Below are positions 10,192 to 19,736 of a DNA stretch of 64,000 nucleotides, in pieces (position 1 is the stretch's first letter; the number at the start of each line of letters is the position of its first letter). The stretch is from an uncultured Veillonellaceae bacterium (lineage in GTDB: Bacteria > Bacillota > Negativicutes > JARBTT01). The position numbers were made by a program, and so were the translations under genes. The notes below the pieces were generated by a model. The model was given only the letters and a program-made list of their open reading frames with translations. It ran no database searches and was not told the DNA's origin. The stretch spans positions 128,001 to 192,000 of the forward strand of contig CAWDTA010000001.1 in the NCBI GenBank assembly GCA_963805085.1, given 5' to 3'.

Positions 10192-11202
10192 ATGTTAAAA
10201 CAATATTTAAGCCAATTGACAGAAGGTAAAGATTTAAATCAGCAGCAGGCAATTGCGGCGATGAATATCATTATGGAAGGAAACGCAACGGAGGCGCAGA
10301 TCGGATCATTTTTAACACTCTTGAAGATGAAAGGCGAAACGATTGAGGAAATTGCTGGTTTTGCCCAAACATTGCTGGATCATGCCGATAGAGTAAAACA
10401 CAGTAAACCGGTAATTTGTCCGTGCGGTACGGGTGGCGATACAAAAGGGACTTTTAATGTATCAACGGCAGTATCGTTTGTCCTTGCTGGCGGTGGGGTA
10501 TCCGTAGCAAAGCATGGCAATCGCAGTGTATCAAGCACTTGCGGCAGTGCTGATGTTTTAGCAGCACTTGGGGTAAATGTGGATCAACCGGCAGCTAAAG
10601 TAAGTAAGGAAATTGAAGATATCGGCATCGGATTTTTATTTGCACCTACGCTCAATAAAGCAATGCGTTTTGTTGCTAAACCGCGCAAGGAACTTGGTTT
10701 TAGAACAGTATTTAACATGCTTGGCCCGATTATCAATCCAGCGCATTTGGATTATCAACTGGTTGGTATCTATGATGCGAATTTAACGGAAAAAGTTGCG
10801 GAAGTATTGAAAAATGTCGGCGTAAAACAAGCAATGGTTATTCATAGTGATGATGGGATGGATGAAATTTCAACGCATACAGAAACAAAGGTTTCAGAGC
10901 TTAGAGATGGTGTAGTGAAAACATATAAAATCAATCCAGTCGATTATGGTTTTGCAGCCGGTTCTCTTGATGAATATAAAGGCGGTGAACCCGCAGTGAA
11001 TGCGGCAATTATTTATGATTTATTTAACGGTGTAAAAGGGGCGAAGCGCGATATTGTGTTGATGAATGCAGGTGCTGGTTTTTACATCGCAGGTCAAACA
11101 ACGACAATTGCTGAAGGAATTAAATTGGCTGAAGAAGTCATCGATAAAGGCCTAGCTTTAGAAAAATTAAATGCATTGGTTAATATTAGTAATGCGGGGT
11201 GA
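10192..11202 (+). CDS. trpD: Anthranilate phosphoribosyltransferase
   Basis: CGTGGD, FNVST, KHGNRSVSS..GSAD, DGMDE. Confidence 0.96.
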   Translation: MLKQYLSQLTEGKDLNQQQAIAAMNIIMEGNATEAQIGSFLTLLKMKGETIEEIAGFAQTLLDHADRVKHSKPVICPCGTGGDTKGTFNVSTAVSFVLAGGGVSVAKHGNRSVSSTCGSADVLAALGVNVDQPAAKVSKEIEDIGIGFLFAPTLNKAMRFVAKPRKELGFRTVFNMLGPIINPAHLDYQLVGIYDANLTEKVAEVLKNVGVKQAMVIHSDDGMDEISTHTETKVSELRDGVVKTYKINPVDYGFAAGSLDEYKGGEPAVNAAIIYDLFNGVKGAKRDIVLMNAGAGFYIAGQTTTIAEGIKLAEEVIDKGLALEKLNALVNISNAG

Positions 11203-11834
11203 GTCCAGTGCTTATTAAAATTTGTGGAATTCAATCGCTGGAAATCGCACAAACAGTTGCACAAAATGGTGCAGATTTCATGGGCTTTATCTTCGCCCCA
11301 AGTAGACGTTATATCGCACCAGAAAAAGCGGCCCAGATTAGTCAGCAGATTGGTTGTATAAAAAAAGTTGGCGTATTTGTGAATGAAGCAGTCGATCAGG
11401 TAAATGAAATTGCAGGGCAATGCAATTTGGATTATGTGCAATTGCACGGGGATGAAACGCCAGCGTATTGCAAAGAAATCAACTATCCGATCATCAAAGC
11501 GTTTCGTTATAATGAAGAATTTGATAGCCGTACTGTCAATCAATATGACGTTGACATGGTGCTCATCGATAGCTATCAAGTAGGTAAAGCTGGTGGAACC
11601 GGAAAAACCTTTTCTTGGCAGGAAGCTAAGCAAAGGTTTCGTGAGATTAAGTCACCGATATTGGTGGCTGGTGGCTTAACGATAGGTAATGTAAAAGAAG
11701 CAGTTCAAGTATTGTTGCCAATGGGAATTGATGTTTCTGGTGGCGTTGAAATAAGCGGAGAAAAATCAGTAGAACAAATTAAAAAATTTCTAGCGTATGC
11801 AAGATCGCTAGAACGGGGGAATGCAGAATGTTAG
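11199..11834 (+). CDS. trpF: Phosphoribosylanthranilate isomerase
   Basis: KICGI, QLHGDE, GGTG, AGGL, DVSGGVE; GTG start overlapping trpD stop. Confidence 0.95.
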   Translation: MSPVLIKICGIQSLEIAQTVAQNGADFMGFIFAPSRRYIAPEKAAQISQQIGCIKKVGVFVNEAVDQVNEIAGQCNLDYVQLHGDETPAYCKEINYPIIKAFRYNEEFDSRTVNQYDVDMVLIDSYQVGKAGGTGKTFSWQEAKQRFREIKSPILVAGGLTIGNVKEAVQVLLPMGIDVSGGVEISGEKSVEQIKKFLAYARSLERGNAEC

Positions 11835-12586
11835 ATGCAATTATGGCAAAGAAAAAAATTGAGGTCGAAAATGACAGAACAAAAATGCCTTTATATGAAT
11901 TGAAAAAAGATTTGCAAGTTGGCAATTTTGCAATGTCTCGGCAAATGCGTAAAGCACCTTGGAGCTTAATTGCGGAATGCAAACTTCAATCGCCGGCAAA
12001 AGGCAGACTTTGTACAAAATACACCGTGCCAGAGCTGGCAAAGATTTACCAAGCTCATGGAGCAACAGCGTTATCCGTACACACGGATCGACATTTTTTA
12101 GGGCAACTTGGTGATATCGCTAGAGTGAAAGCAGTGGTCGATTTACCAGTGTTACGAAAGGATTTCATTCTTGATGAATATCAAATTTATCAAGCGAGAA
12201 AAGCGGGTGCAGATGCGGTGCTCTTAATCGCACGTATTTTATCACCAGCGCAATTAAAGGAATATGTTTATACGACTTGGGGCTTAGGCATGGATTGCTT
12301 AATTGAGGTTCATAGTGAAGCTGAAATAAAAGCCGCGCTTGATACACCAGCGGAACTCATTGGGATCAATAACCGTAACCTTCAAAATTTTACGACCGAT
12401 ATTCAAAATACAATTGACTTGATTGAGTTTTGTGATAAGAATCGTACGATTATCAGTGAAAGTGGAATTTATGGAGCCAAAGATGTTGAGAGATTAAAAA
12501 AGGTCGGTGTAAGAGGTATCTTAGTTGGTGAAGGGTTGGTAAAAGCAGAAGATGTTGGTGTGAAAACGCGCGAGCTTGTGGGATAG
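11828..12586 (+). CDS. trpC: Indole-3-glycerol phosphate synthase
   Basis: IAECKLQSPAKG, LRKDFI, GINNRNL, SESG. Confidence 0.95.
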   Translation: MLDAIMAKKKIEVENDRTKMPLYELKKDLQVGNFAMSRQMRKAPWSLIAECKLQSPAKGRLCTKYTVPELAKIYQAHGATALSVHTDRHFLGQLGDIARVKAVVDLPVLRKDFILDEYQIYQARKAGADAVLLIARILSPAQLKEYVYTTWGLGMDCLIEVHSEAEIKAALDTPAELIGINNRNLQNFTTDIQNTIDLIEFCDKNRTIISESGIYGAKDVERLKKVGVRGILVGEGLVKAEDVGVKTRELVG

Positions 12587-12629
12587 TAACAGTAATTAAA
12601 TTTAAAAAAAATTTTTGGAGGAAATGATT

Positions 12630-13814
12630 ATGCCTGATAAAAATGGACGTTTTGGAGCTTTTGGTGGACAGTATGTTCCGGAAACAGTAATGCCGGTTCT
12701 TATGGAGCTGCAAGAAGCTTATGCGAAGTATAAAGAAGAACCTGAATTTAAAGCTGAGGTTGATGGATATTTAAAAGAATATGCTGGTCGTCCAACGAAA
12801 TTATATTATGCAGAACGCTTGACGAAGCATTATGGTAAAGCAAAGATTTATTTAAAACGCGAGGATTTATTGCATACAGGTGCACATAAAATCAACAATG
12901 CCTTGGCGCAAGCTGTACTAGCAAAAAAAATGGGTAAAAAACGTATCGTGGCTGAAACGGGTGCTGGTCAGCATGGTGTTGCTTGTGCGACCGTTGCGGC
13001 ACTGTTTGGTATGGAGTGCTGTGTGTTTATGGGGGAAGAAGACATTCGTCGTCAGTCCCTTAATGTATTTAGAATGCGGTTACTTGGTTCCAAAGTGATT
13101 CCGGTTACAAGTGGTACTGGAACGCTCAAGGATGCAACCAGTGAAGCGATTCGTTACTGGGCTTCCAATATTACCGATACGCATTATATCATCGGCTCCG
13201 TCGTTGGACCACATCCTTACCCAATGATTGTGCGTGACTTCCAAGCGGTGATTGGTGAAGAAATCAAAGCACAGGTAAAAGCAAACAATGTGAATTTGAA
13301 ATATGTAGTTGCTTGTGTAGGCGGCGGTAGTAATGCAATGGGTACGTTTTATCCGCTTAAAGATGATAAAGCGGTAATAAAGATCGGTGTTGAAGCTGCT
13401 GGTCGCAGTGATAAAGAAGGCGATCATGCAAAATCTTTGACATTAGGTCGTCCCGGCGTATTGCATGGTGCCTATAGTTATCTTTTGCAGACGGATGATG
13501 GGCAAGTGGTTGAAGCGTATTCCATTTCAGCAGGTCTTGATTATCCAGGTGTTGGACCAGAGCATTCTTATTTTAAAGATAGCGGTATTGTAAAATATGT
13601 TGCAGTAGATGATAAAGAGGCGCTTGATGCTTTTCAATTGTTATCGAGAACAGAAGGAATTATTCCAGCGGTAGAAAGCTCGCATGCGTTAGCTTATTTA
13701 GAAAAGTTGATGCCTACGACAAAAGAAGATGAAGCAGTGGTAGTTTGCTTGTCCGGTCGTGGCGATAAAGATGTACAGATGGTGGCATCGATATTAGGGG
13801 AGGATTTAAAATAA
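12630..13814 (+). CDS. trpB: Tryptophan synthase beta chain
   Basis: [29 protein letters not shown]; ATG 12630 after SD GGAGG. Confidence 0.97.
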   Translation: MPDKNGRFGAFGGQYVPETVMPVLMELQEAYAKYKEEPEFKAEVDGYLKEYAGRPTKLYYAERLTKHYGKAKIYLKREDLLHTGAHKINNALAQAVLAKKMGKKRIVAETGAGQHGVACATVAALFGMECCVFMGEEDIRRQSLNVFRMRLLGSKVIPVTSGTGTLKDATSEAIRYWASNITDTHYIIGSVVGPHPYPMIVRDFQAVIGEEIKAQVKANNVNLKYVVACVGGGSNAMGTFYPLKDDKAVIKIGVEAAGRSDKEGDHAKSLTLGRPGVLHGAYSYLLQTDDGQVVEAYSISAGLDYPGVGPEHSYFKDSGIVKYVAVDDKEALDAFQLLSRTEGIIPAVESSHALAYLEKLMPTTKEDEAVVVCLSGRGDKDVQMVASILGEDLK

Positions 13815-14605
13815 TGACACGTTTAAGCGATAAATTAGAATCTATGCGTAAAGCAGGTAAAAAAGCTTTATTTATTTATATCACAGCGGGTGCACCAGAT
13901 TTTCAAACGACGGTAGAAGCCATCAAAGCAGCGGAAAAAGCAGGGGCTGACGTTATCGAAATCGGCATGCCATTTTCCGATCCGATCGCCGATGGACCTG
14001 TGATTCAGGAGGCTTCGGTGATTGCTTTGAAAAATGGAGCGACGATGAAAAAAATCTTGGGATTGATTAAAGAGTTACGGGAGTTTACCAAGATTCCACT
14101 TGTGGGAATGGGATATATCAATAATATTTTGACGTATGGTGTGGAAAAGTTTATTGGTGATTTTAAAGATGCTGGTCTTGATGGTATGATTATTCCAGAC
14201 TTACCACATGAAGAATCCGCCGATATGCGTGCAGTATGCAAACAAGCCGACTTTCATCTCATTGAATTTGTAACGCCGAATACGATTCCAGCTAGAATCA
14301 AGGAAACTTGTTTGAGTGCAGATGGTTTTATCTATTGCGTATCCGTGAATGGGGTTACAGGTGTTCGGGCAATTGATTATTCCGTGATCAATGACATAGC
14401 AAAATTGGTACGTGAGGAAACAAGTGTACCGCTCGCAGTTGGCTTTGGTATTGGTTCCCCCGAGGCAGCACTTGCAGCAAGTGAAGTCGCCGATGCCGTT
14501 ATTGTTGGTAGTGCAGTCGTGAAAAAAATATTGGAAAAAGATATCGCAGGGGCTAGTGAATTAATTGCAGCCATTCGCACGGCGTTAGATGAAAGGGTGA
14601 AGTGA
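13814..14605 (+). CDS. trpA: Tryptophan synthase alpha chain
   Basis: EIGMPFSDPIADGPVIQ, GVTG, GFGI. Confidence 0.97.
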   Translation: MTRLSDKLESMRKAGKKALFIYITAGAPDFQTTVEAIKAAEKAGADVIEIGMPFSDPIADGPVIQEASVIALKNGATMKKILGLIKELREFTKIPLVGMGYINNILTYGVEKFIGDFKDAGLDGMIIPDLPHEESADMRAVCKQADFHLIEFVTPNTIPARIKETCLSADGFIYCVSVNGVTGVRAIDYSVINDIAKLVREETSVPLAVGFGIGSPEAALAASEVADAVIVGSAVVKKILEKDIAGASELIAAIRTALDERVK

Positions 14606-14606
14606 C

Positions 14607-16106
14607 ATGCATTTTTTACCGAGTAAGGAAAAGTTTATCAAGCAGGTAACAGCGGCAAATTTTGTTGCTGTGTCCGCTGAGATTTCTACAGATATGGAAA
14701 CACCGGTTTCGCTTTATTATAAATTGGTAGGAAATGAGATCGGTTTTATCTTTGAAAGCGTTGATACAAATAAAAATTTCGGGCGATTTTCTTTTATTGG
14801 CGCAGAGCCGTTTGCGCAGCTTAAAGTGTATAAGAATCATGCTGATATTATAGAAGGAAAAAATCATACGATACTAAAAGGTGCACCAGTAGATACAGTA
14901 AAAGCGTATATGGCACAGTATCAGATTCCTGATGCTGTTGCAGAACTGCCGTTACTAAATGGTGGAGCGATTGGCTACTTTGCTTATGAATCTATTGGAA
15001 CCTTTGAGCGAATTCGTGGACTGGAAATTCCAGACGATATGGTATTGAGTGAATTTTTACTTTGTCGCATACTCGTGGTGATGGATCATTTAAAACATAC
15101 ATCAAAGTTGATTTGCTTGTCACAACTGACAAAAACGGCAAACGCTGCTGTAGTCTATGAAGGCATGATCGATAAGTTAAAAGCAGTTTATAAAAAATTG
15201 AAACAGGCAGTAGTGCCAATTGCCGTAGTGACTGAGCAGCAGACGGCAAAACATAAACAGAGTTTTGAAGAACGGTTTGGTAAACTTAATAAAGAGTATA
15301 TGGATAAAGTGGTTGCCGCTAAGAAATACATTGTAGCGGGCGATATTTTTCAAATTGTACCATCACATCAATTCCAATGTAAAATCAATAAACCACCGTT
15401 TTATCTTTATCGCCGCTTGCGGCAGATCAATCCATCACCCTATATGTTTTACATCAATTTTGGGCAGCGTAAGCTGATTGGTTCCTCGCCTGAAATGCTA
15501 GTGAAAGTTAGCGGAGATACCGTTTATACCTATCCCATTGCTGGTACAAGAAAACGTGGTAAAGATGCAGTGGAAGATAAAATACTGAGTGAAGATTTAT
15601 TAGCGGATACGAAAGAATGTGCAGAACATGCCATGCTCGTTGATTTAGGTCGCAATGATATTGGTCGGATCAGTAAACCGGGAACAGTGGAAGTAACAAA
15701 ACTGATGCAAATTGAAAAATTCTCGCATGTTATGCATATGGTATCTGAAGTGAAGGGGACAGTCAAAGCTGATTATATGGCACTTGATGTACTGAAAGCA
15801 TGCTTCCCGGCAGGAACAGTAAGCGGTGCGCCAAAAGTGCGGGCGATGGAAATTATCAATGAACTTGAAACGACCGATCGCAGTACCTATGCAGGTTGTA
15901 CTGGATATATCGATTTTAACGGCAATATGGATATGTGTATTACCATTCGCACGATTCGGGTCGATGGGGATACCGCCTTTATTCAAGCAGGTGGTGGAAT
16001 CGTTGCTGATTCAGTGCCAGAAACAGAATATCGTGAAATTTTGCAAAAGGCGCAAGTACTATTCCAAGTGATAGAGGAGGTAGAAGACGATGATTTTATT
16101 AATTGA
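14607..16106 (+). CDS. trpE: Anthranilate synthase component I
   Basis: NPSPYM, SSPE, PIAGT, EHAMLVDLGRND, GTVSGAPK. Confidence 0.95.
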   Translation: MHFLPSKEKFIKQVTAANFVAVSAEISTDMETPVSLYYKLVGNEIGFIFESVDTNKNFGRFSFIGAEPFAQLKVYKNHADIIEGKNHTILKGAPVDTVKAYMAQYQIPDAVAELPLLNGGAIGYFAYESIGTFERIRGLEIPDDMVLSEFLLCRILVVMDHLKHTSKLICLSQLTKTANAAVVYEGMIDKLKAVYKKLKQAVVPIAVVTEQQTAKHKQSFEERFGKLNKEYMDKVVAAKKYIVAGDIFQIVPSHQFQCKINKPPFYLYRRLRQINPSPYMFYINFGQRKLIGSSPEMLVKVSGDTVYTYPIAGTRKRGKDAVEDKILSEDLLADTKECAEHAMLVDLGRNDIGRISKPGTVEVTKLMQIEKFSHVMHMVSEVKGTVKADYMALDVLKACFPAGTVSGAPKVRAMEIINELETTDRSTYAGCTGYIDFNGNMDMCITIRTIRVDGDTAFIQAGGGIVADSVPETEYREILQKAQVLFQVIEEVEDDDFIN

Positions 16107-16659
16107 TAATTATGATTCTTTTACCTATAATGTGTATCAATTGGTTGCCAATATGGGGCGGGAAATCGAAGTCATTCGCAATGATCAGATTACCGTGGCT
16201 GAAATTGCTAGTCGTAACTATGAAGCAATTATCATTTCGCCAGGTCCAGGTACACCGAAAGATGCTGGGATCTGCCTTGAAGTCGTAACGACTTTGGCGG
16301 GTAAAGTACCGATTTTCGGGATCTGTTTAGGACATCAAGTCATTGGTGAAGTTTTTGGTGGTAAGGTTGTCTTAGCACCTCAGCCAATCCATGGCAAGGT
16401 TTCGAAAATCAAGCATAGTGGTATTGGTGTTTATCAAGGTTTGGAGCAAGAGCTACCAATCGGACGTTATCATTCCTTGATTGTAGAACGTGAATCTTTG
16501 CCAACATGCTTAGAAATAACCTCAGAAACCCACGATGGTATTATCATGGGGATAAAACATAAAGAGTACAAAATTGAAGGGGTACAGTTTCATCCAGAAT
16601 CTATTCTTACGCCAAACGGAGCGAAAATCTTGGAAAACTTTCTACTTACGATCAATTGA
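16090..16659 (+). CDS. trpG: Anthranilate synthase component II (glutamine amidotransferase)
   Basis: IDNYDSFTYN, SPGPG, GICLGHQ, QFHPES. Confidence 0.95.
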   Translation: MILLIDNYDSFTYNVYQLVANMGREIEVIRNDQITVAEIASRNYEAIIISPGPGTPKDAGICLEVVTTLAGKVPIFGICLGHQVIGEVFGGKVVLAPQPIHGKVSKIKHSGIGVYQGLEQELPIGRYHSLIVERESLPTCLEITSETHDGIIMGIKHKEYKIEGVQFHPESILTPNGAKILENFLLTIN

Positions 16660-16662
16660 AAT

Positions 16663-16706
16663 AAAAAATCAGCTCTTGCAAACTGAATTTGCAAGAGCTG
16701 ATTTTT
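16663..16706. terminator. Bidirectional intrinsic terminator
   Basis: aaaaaatcagctcttgcaaa-ctgaa-tttgcaagagctgattttt between convergent trpG and the small ORF. Confidence 0.85.
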
Positions 16707-16711
16707 GTTCG

Positions 16712-16831
16712 TTACCAAAAATCTGAGGAGCAGGCATCACCATTATTACAGCAAGCAAACAATAGAATGATAATGATGATAATAATCCAAGCTCCACCAC
16801 CGTTAAAACCACCGAAATTACCACAACTCAT
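16712..16831 (-). CDS. 39-aa Gly/Cys-rich single-TM small protein (YjcZ/SscA-like, putative sporulation peptide)
   Basis: MSCGNFGGFNGGGAWIIIIIIILLFACCNNGDACSSDFW*; SD GAAAGGAG; not in the ORF track because it is too short. Confidence 0.72.
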   Translation of the reverse strand: MSCGNFGGFNGGGAWIIIIIIILLFACCNNGDACSSDFW

Positions 16832-17104
16832 AAGAACTCTCCTTTCATAGCAGAACACTGCCAGAGATTTAAATAGAAGGCAAGGTTCGTAAGTATTTAT
16901 CTAGCTGTACAATGATATGTTATGAATTGATGATAAAAATGGTGACTTTTCATATAATAGTAATAAAAAGATGAAGATAAGTTTCGGTTTTTCCGGCAAA
17001 TATGGTAGAATAGAAACAATGTAAGTTTTTAATAGCAAAGATTCAGTGGCTTTGGCTGCTTGAAGATATTGTTTAGTCGATTATTTTTATTTTGGAGGAT
17101 GTCA

Positions 17105-18724
17105 ATGTCAGTAGAAGAACTTAATACGGAAATTAATAGACGTCGCACTTTTGCGATTATCTCGCATCCGGATGCTGGTAAAACAACATTAACGGAAAAA
17201 TTATTACTATACGGAGGAGCCATTCATTTAGCTGGTTCCGTGAAATCAAGAAAAACACAACGTCATGCTGTATCTGACTGGATGGAAATTGAAAAGCAAC
17301 GTGGTATTTCGGTAACATCGAGTGTATTGCAATTTGATTATGATGGGTTTCGCATCAATATCTTAGATACTCCAGGTCACCAAGATTTTAGTGAAGATAC
17401 CTATCGGACATTGATGGCAGTGGATAGTGCTGTTATGATTATCGATGTGGCAAAAGGTGTGGAAGCACAAACCAAAAAACTATTTAAAGTTTGTAAACAG
17501 CGCGGTATTCCAATTTTCACATTCGTAAATAAATTGGATCGCTTCGGAAAATCACCAATTGATTTAATGGAAGAAATCGAGAAAGTATTAGAGATTAATG
17601 CGTATCCAATGAACTGGCCAGTTGGGATCGATGGCAACTATAAAGGGGTTTATAATCGTCAAAAAGCACAAGTAGAGCTCTTTGATGAAGACGGATCACA
17701 CGGTCAAAATCTTCTTTCCTCTGTAGTCGGTTCGGTAGAAGATCCGGCTTTTGCTGAATTGTTAGGTAAAGATATTCACCAAGCCTTAGTTGAGGATATT
17801 GAACTTTTAGATATGGCTGGCGATGATTTTGATTTAGAAAAAGTAGCCCGTGGGGAATTGACACCAATGTTTTTTGGTAGTGCGATGACAAACTTTGGGG
17901 TACAAAACTTTTTAGAAGCGTTTTTGCGTCTTGCCCCAGCACCTGCACCGCGTACTTCTTCTGTTGGGAAAATTGAAACCAATGATGAAAAATTTTCTGC
18001 GTTCGTATTTAAAATTCAAGCAAATATGAATCCTGCCCATCGCGATCGGTTGGCTTTTATTCGGATTTGCTCAGGTAAGTTTACGCGCGGAATGTCTGTC
18101 TATCATGACAAAACAGGAAAAATGTTGAAACTTGCACAACCACAACAATTTTTAGCGCAAGATCGAACGATTATTGATGAAGCGTATCCAGGGGATATTG
18201 TTGGCTTATTTGATCCAGGAGTATTTGGTATTGGTGATACTTTATGCGAGCAAGGTGAAAAATTCTCCTTTGCAGATTTTCCTGTATTTCCGCCAGAACA
18301 ATTTGCCCGTGTTCAAGCAAAAGATACGATGAAGCGTAAACAATTCGTGAAAGGGATTACGCAGCTTACCCAAGAGGGTACGGTGCAATTATTCCAACAA
18401 GCGGGTGCTGGTACGGAATCTTATATTGTAGGAACAGTTGGTAGCCTGCAATTTGAGGTGCTCGAATACCGTTTGAAAAATGAATACGGTGTTGATATTT
18501 TAATGCAAATGCAACCATATGAGGTAGCTCGTTGGCTCGAAGGTAAAAATGGCGAAGTTGTTACACCCGCCTCACTTCGTGGTGCAGAGCGTGGAATGTT
18601 CGTTTATGATATCAAAGAGAGACCAGTATTGTTAGTAACAAATGAATGGGCTTTGGGATGGATTGCAGACAATAATTCTAATATTAATTTATTGCATGTA
18701 CCACCGGATAAAATAGAAGCATAA
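17105..18724 (+). CDS. prfC: Peptide chain release factor 3
   Basis: RRRTFAIISHPDAGKTT, SDWMEIEKQRGISV, DTPGH; ATG 17105 after GGAGG. Confidence 0.96.
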   Translation: MSVEELNTEINRRRTFAIISHPDAGKTTLTEKLLLYGGAIHLAGSVKSRKTQRHAVSDWMEIEKQRGISVTSSVLQFDYDGFRINILDTPGHQDFSEDTYRTLMAVDSAVMIIDVAKGVEAQTKKLFKVCKQRGIPIFTFVNKLDRFGKSPIDLMEEIEKVLEINAYPMNWPVGIDGNYKGVYNRQKAQVELFDEDGSHGQNLLSSVVGSVEDPAFAELLGKDIHQALVEDIELLDMAGDDFDLEKVARGELTPMFFGSAMTNFGVQNFLEAFLRLAPAPAPRTSSVGKIETNDEKFSAFVFKIQANMNPAHRDRLAFIRICSGKFTRGMSVYHDKTGKMLKLAQPQQFLAQDRTIIDEAYPGDIVGLFDPGVFGIGDTLCEQGEKFSFADFPVFPPEQFARVQAKDTMKRKQFVKGITQLTQEGTVQLFQQAGAGTESYIVGTVGSLQFEVLEYRLKNEYGVDILMQMQPYEVARWLEGKNGEVVTPASLRGAERGMFVYDIKERPVLLVTNEWALGWIADNNSNINLLHVPPDKIEA

Positions 18725-18787
18725 TATAAATAAAACAGAGGGAAAGCAGGACTAACCTACAAACCCTCTGTTATTTTGTATATTTTT

Positions 18788-19552
18788 TCACTTACTAAAG
18801 TAAGTTTTTTTGACGTTATCGACAATGCTTTGTATATTGTTAGGTAGTAAATGAATGTTGTAACCAATAAATAATGGGGAAGTTGCAAAGCGTGGCAGTA
18901 TTTTTACACGAATAAGACCGTCGATTAAGTAGAAGAATATATTATAGCTTTTGCAGCGACTGTTAAGGCTGTGTAATAGATAGTGGGTAGCAATTTGAAT
19001 ATAATCAGCAAGCTGATCTAAATTGCTGTTATCGTTCATCACGATATTAAATTCGGAAAAGCCAATCCTAGGGTACGTAGAGACGTTAAATTCTACGTTG
19101 TCACACTTATCAAGTACAATGCCTTCAAATTCCTTTGGATTAAGGCCAGCATAGCAATCAGCAGTTTTTAGACCAATAATTTGCATATGGGGATGACGAA
19201 TGGTGCCACCCGAGAATGGACCGTGATTTTTGAAAAATAGCACGGATTGATATTCCTTAGAATCAGTAAATTTAAACCAATTTTTGACGCCAAATCGTAT
19301 TAAGCTGTGTAAATGTTCTTTGTTGTACTGAGAAAGTTCTGAATCGCAATCTTCAGTTTCAATTAATACGGTTTGTAAGGAGTTTTGCAAAACTTGATAT
19401 TTATTTTCAATTAAAAGTAGTTCGCCTTCTTGGTCGATTATATTTGTAAGATTATCACGGTCACAGAATGGGCAAGCGGCAGTGGTATTTATGATGTTTT
19501 CTGGTTTATTTTTACCAATCGCGACGTTAAATCCTAGATAATTCGTTAGCAT
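18788..19552 (-). CDS. DUF4931 / GalT-HIT-like protein
   Basis: CPFC, ENKY, FKNHGPFSGGTIRHPHMQIIG (HxH motif). Confidence 0.75.
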   Translation of the reverse strand: MLTNYLGFNVAIGKNKPENIINTTAACPFCDRDNLTNIIDQEGELLLIENKYQVLQNSLQTVLIETEDCDSELSQYNKEHLHSLIRFGVKNWFKFTDSKEYQSVLFFKNHGPFSGGTIRHPHMQIIGLKTADCYAGLNPKEFEGIVLDKCDNVEFNVSTYPRIGFSEFNIVMNDNSNLDQLADYIQIATHYLLHSLNSRCKSYNIFFYLIDGLIRVKILPRFATSPLFIGYNIHLLPNNIQSIVDNVKKTYFSK

Positions 19553-19736
19553 GGAGTCACCTTCTTGTTAAATTAATACTGGAATACTAAGTCTAGAAAT
19601 GATATAATTTTTTAGCTTGGTAAATAATACTTTTTTTTAAATCACTATACTATATATTATATAGGTTTATGTTAAAAAGAAAAGCGAAAGTTTGCTTTAA
19701 GGTAGGTGTTATACAATTAGTAGTCAGGAAGAAAAA

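Noticed and set aside
17060-17104. TTG-start extension of prfC in the ORF track
   Set aside because: SD GGAGG points to ATG 17105, where RF3 homology begins
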